Virus record (IMG/VR): IMGVR_UViG_3300032136_000014
Span: 1 to 34,225 of that record
DNA from: a virus
Lineage: Duplodnaviria; Caudoviricetes
Direction: 5' to 3' (one strand)
Length of the DNA: 34,225 nucleotides
Position 1 is the first letter of the stretch; the number at the start of each line of letters is the position of its first letter. A model generated the notes under the pieces. It searched no databases and was not told the DNA's origin. It saw only the letters and a program-made list of their open reading frames with translations. This document shows, in pieces, positions 31,166-34,225 of the stretch. The position numbers and the translations under genes were made by a program.

Positions 31166-33261
31166 TATACAAACCCCGGTCGGACGCCCTTCTTGCTGAG
31201 CGTGCTCATAGCCTCATAGATCGGCCCCGCGACAATGCGCCGCCAATCCCCCGCGTCCATCCCCAAGAAGGAGTCGGCATCCTGTACCCCCTCCACCACT
31301 ATATTCAGGGTATCAATAGACATCCCCGACCCTCCCTGGCTGCTCTCAAGATACTCGGTCAGATCTCGGTTCTGGTCTGACTTGATCACGCGCTCACCGC
31401 CCTGCAGGAGATAGGTTCCTGAGCGCGGTACGTAGTTGATGCCGTCATCGAACTGGCCGGCAATGGCCGCTCCCAGGGCTCCCCCGATAGCTGATCCACT
31501 AGAGAATATCGCGGCCGTGGCTGACATGTGAGCAGCCGCCACAGCGGGAGCCGTCAGGTTGATCGGGAAGGGGGCCGCCGCCATCGATGCGGCCATGTTG
31601 GCACCAGCCAGGCCGACTGCCTTCGCACCCTCTCCTGCCGCCTCAGAAGCGACCAGGCCCTTGCTGAGCGTGCTCAGGATCGTGCGCTGCAGGCCGACCT
31701 GTATCAAGGTGGAGATGATGGACGATAGTATCTGCTTAGCTAACTGACTGAGGCCCTTGCTCAAGCTCTTACCGTACACCACCGTCTGGGCGAAAGCCTG
31801 CCCGGCCCCTTGCGCAAAGCCCTGGATGCCGTTGTTCACCCGCTCGGCCATCTCATCCCAGGTCGTTAGAATGTTCTCCTTAAAGCCCGCGTTGTATTCG
31901 AGCATGGACTCAGACATCACCTGTAGCTTTTCCTTCATGGCCTCACCTGAGGCCGTGGCCATCTGATCCATGCTCGCCATGGTATCAGCGGTGGTGATCT
32001 TCGTCTGCTCACCAAACGCGACCAGGGTCTCAAGCTGTGACAGGGCAGCGGTATTGGCCGCTGATACGCTGATCCCGAAGGCCTCCGAAAAACCCAGGCC
32101 AAGCTCTGCGCCGACATCGCTGAAGTCTGAGCCCATCGCATACAGGCCATCCACGATATTGTTGATCGAGGCGTTGATGTTCTTGCTCACCGACTGGGCC
32201 ATCGCCTCCCCCAGGGAGCCAGGGTCTGGAACGTTGTCCTCGAAGATATACGCGAGCTTCTTGCCGATCCAGGCCCCGAAGTCATTCAGTATCCTGGTGG
32301 CACCCTTGACCCCTTCCCATATGGACTCGATCAAAAACTTGCCTAACAGCCCGAAAGCTTTCAAGGCTGCGACCACCATGCGCATGATCCCGACCAGGAG
32401 TTGCTCCCAGGCGTCGCCGCTGAAAGTTACCAAGTCCTTTATGCGCTGGCCTACCTGACCCAGGGCGTTGACGAAGGTCAGGAATACCTCAATCGACTTC
32501 TTTATAAACGCGACGATGTTGTCTCTGTTGCGCGCGATCCAGTCAGCCATGACCTTCATCGCGCCCGTAAAGATCGGCACTACATCCTCGCTCAATGCAT
32601 AGCTTAGACCAGTGAAGGCTTTACCAATCCGCGTCACCTGATCCTGAAAGGCTTCTGCATTGCGGCCCGCTTTTTCAGTGAGCACCACGCCCAGGAAGCG
32701 GGCATCCTCAGCCATCGCTCGAAGGCCCTCGGAGCCGTTCTGGAGCATCTGCAGCATGGCCACGCCTTCGGAGTCAAACAGCTTGAAGGCCAGGCGCACC
32801 CGCTCTCCCTGGTCGCTGACGCTCTTGAGACGGTCGGCGAGAATCGACATCTTCTCGTCGAGCGGTAGCTTGGTAAAGGTAGCGGCGTTGATGTTCAAGG
32901 CCTGAATCGCTTTTACCGCTTCTCCGGTACCACCCGCCGCTTCAGCCACTCGCCGGGTCATGCGCTGGATGCCCATGTTCAGGGAGTTGGTGGCTACCCC
33001 TGCTCGCTCCCCGGCGTACTGCAGGGCCGATAGATTCTCGACCGAGGCCCCCACTCGGTCGGAGAACTTTTGTATCTTGTCCTGAGCAGCAGTAACGGAA
33101 TTGGTAAACGCGAATACCCCCGCGCCTACAGCAGTCGCAGCAGCGCCGAACGCAGCAGCGCTCTTGGCTACCTTGCCTAGTATGGCTCCGACCTTACCAA
33201 GGGGCTTCGAGAATTGGTCGACGCCCTTGATGACATACTCAACTACGTTTCTTATTGCCAT
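31165..33261 (-). CDS. Tail tape measure protein
   Basis: 698 aa, Ala/Gly-rich helical; LSALQYAGERAG, AFKLFDSEG, C-term FDDGINYVP...GERVI; follows the chaperone pair. Confidence 0.92.
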   Translation of the reverse strand: MAIRNVVEYVIKGVDQFSKPLGKVGAILGKVAKSAAAFGAAATAVGAGVFAFTNSVTAAQDKIQKFSDRVGASVENLSALQYAGERAGVATNSLNMGIQRMTRRVAEAAGGTGEAVKAIQALNINAATFTKLPLDEKMSILADRLKSVSDQGERVRLAFKLFDSEGVAMLQMLQNGSEGLRAMAEDARFLGVVLTEKAGRNAEAFQDQVTRIGKAFTGLSYALSEDVVPIFTGAMKVMADWIARNRDNIVAFIKKSIEVFLTFVNALGQVGQRIKDLVTFSGDAWEQLLVGIMRMVVAALKAFGLLGKFLIESIWEGVKGATRILNDFGAWIGKKLAYIFEDNVPDPGSLGEAMAQSVSKNINASINNIVDGLYAMGSDFSDVGAELGLGFSEAFGISVSAANTAALSQLETLVAFGEQTKITTADTMASMDQMATASGEAMKEKLQVMSESMLEYNAGFKENILTTWDEMAERVNNGIQGFAQGAGQAFAQTVVYGKSLSKGLSQLAKQILSSIISTLIQVGLQRTILSTLSKGLVASEAAGEGAKAVGLAGANMAASMAAAPFPINLTAPAVAAAHMSATAAIFSSGSAIGGALGAAIAGQFDDGINYVPRSGTYLLQGGERVIKSDQNRDLTEYLESSQGGSGMSIDTLNIVVEGVQDADSFLGMDAGDWRRIVAGPIYEAMSTLSKKGVRPGFV

Positions 33262-33502
33262 TGGACTCTTGCGCCTCTGCGTGTTCGGCCTTGATCAGAT
33301 CGAAGGCCTGTACAAGTATCGACTCCTGCTCTAATAGAGGTTGGCCATCAGGCCACGCCCGTAGTACAGGCGCGCCCATTATGAAGTCGTGGCTGTCTTG
33401 CCATAGGCTCAGCCACTCGATGATAGCAACACCCGCTATGCTGCTATCATCGATGTCCTGCATCCGAAGGAACCGCCTCCTTGCGGCTCGCTTCAGTTTC
33501 CC
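33239..33502 (-). CDS. Tail assembly chaperone frameshift extension (gpT-like)
   Basis: -1 frame opens at GGGAAAC (33502-33496) and reads GKLKRAARRRFLRMQDIDDSS...WPDGQPLLEQ to 33239. Confidence 0.75.
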   Translation of the reverse strand, partial: GKLKRAARRRFLRMQDIDDSSIAGVAIIEWLSLWQDSHDFIMGAPVLRAWPDGQPLLEQESILVQAFDLIKAEHAEAQESNGNKKRS

Positions 33503-33837
33503 GCGTTTTTCTCACTCAGGAATGACTGCTCTGCGATGTCTCCAAAGATCTCGGCAAACAGCTCGGTGAAGTAGGCTTCGTCGACAGCATCTTCCAGAGT
33601 CACCGGCTCCCCTTCGCTATCGGTCAGGCCCTCGAACCGCTTGATGATATCGGGCAGATCCTCCGACAGGTCAGACAGCAGGGCCAATGACTGCGCTGCT
33701 GTCATGTCGGTGCCAGGGGTTGGCAGGTGGTTAATGACCTTGGTCATGTGCCGACGCTTCAGGCGTGAGAATATTACTGTCACCTCGTCCCCGTCGAACG
33801 TGTAGGTGCGCTTGATGGTTTTAGTAAAACCTGACAT
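33493..33837 (-). CDS. Tail assembly chaperone (gpG-like)
   Basis: 114-aa acidic protein between tail tube and tape measure, AGGAG RBS, slippery heptamer just before the stop. Confidence 0.8.
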   Translation of the reverse strand: MSGFTKTIKRTYTFDGDEVTVIFSRLKRRHMTKVINHLPTPGTDMTAAQSLALLSDLSEDLPDIIKRFEGLTDSEGEPVTLEDAVDEAYFTELFAEIFGDIAEQSFLSEKNAGN

Positions 33838-33849
33838 GTGGTTGTCTCC

Positions 33850-34224
33850 TTAGACGTATGCGGCCTTGGTATTGACCAAGGTGAATTGGACAGCGGTGCC
33901 GCTGTCCTGTGAATAGTTGCCCTTGGCCGAGAAGCCGACCTCGATCAGGCCAGGGCCTCCTGCGCCGAGCGGGTATTCCGTGTAGCGCATGGCCGGGACC
34001 TTGACGGTCAGGGTCTCATAGAACCCCGATTGAATCTCGGTCGGGCCTTTCATCGATACCACCAGCTCGCGCTCGGTAGCTTCGATGTACTCCTTGAACT
34101 CGTTCTGGTTGTCGAGGCGCATCGTACCGCTGATCTCAACCATGCGGAAGCCAGAGTGCTTAACGCGGGCCGGCCACTTGCCGCGCGATACCGCGAGCGA
34201 GTGCATACCCTCCAGCGATTCGTT
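33850..34224 (-). CDS. Tail tube (major tail) protein, C-terminal part
   Basis: Frame open to the window end; EISGTM, LTVKVPAMRY and VQFTLVNTKAAY tube-like C-terminus; upstream of the chaperone. Confidence 0.75.
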   Translation of the reverse strand, partial: NESLEGMHSLAVSRGKWPARVKHSGFRMVEISGTMRLDNQNEFKEYIEATERELVVSMKGPTEIQSGFYETLTVKVPAMRYTEYPLGAGGPGLIEVGFSAKGNYSQDSGTAVQFTLVNTKAAYV

Positions 34225-34225
34225 C

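Overview
This window is most of the genome of a tailed dsDNA bacteriophage (siphovirus-like), opened inside the structural region. No integrase, repressor, tRNA or CRISPR array is visible. Minus strand, left: NrS-1-like primase-polymerase/helicase, an AT-rich TAACCG-iteron origin candidate, terminase, a DUF935 portal fused to MuF, Mu-type protease, decoration protein and major capsid. These are followed by a 995-aa GT4/SAM-methyltransferase/GT2 fusion enzyme and a secreted Pro/Glu-rich protein. Plus strand, middle: early genes behind two near-identical 76-bp promoter-hairpin cassettes, then SSB-like protein, exonuclease, family A DNA polymerase, Cas4-like nuclease, VRR-NUC and SNF2 helicase. 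This arm ends in a translationally coupled five-gene base-modification operon: SAM methyltransferase, aGPT-Pplase1/5-hmdU-kinase helical protein, dUMP hydroxymethylase-like protein, HD nucleotidase and DUF3310. Minus strand, right: tail tube, tail chaperone with a GGGAAAC -1 frameshift site, tape measure, tail tip/fibre genes and an amidase endolysin. The two best candidates for a new system are (i) a 5-hmdU hypermodification pathway that carries a methyltransferase but no visible P-loop kinase or amino-acid transferase, and (ii) the tri-domain glycosyl/methyltransferase inside the capsid operon. All family assignments come from motif recognition by eye; no searches were run.
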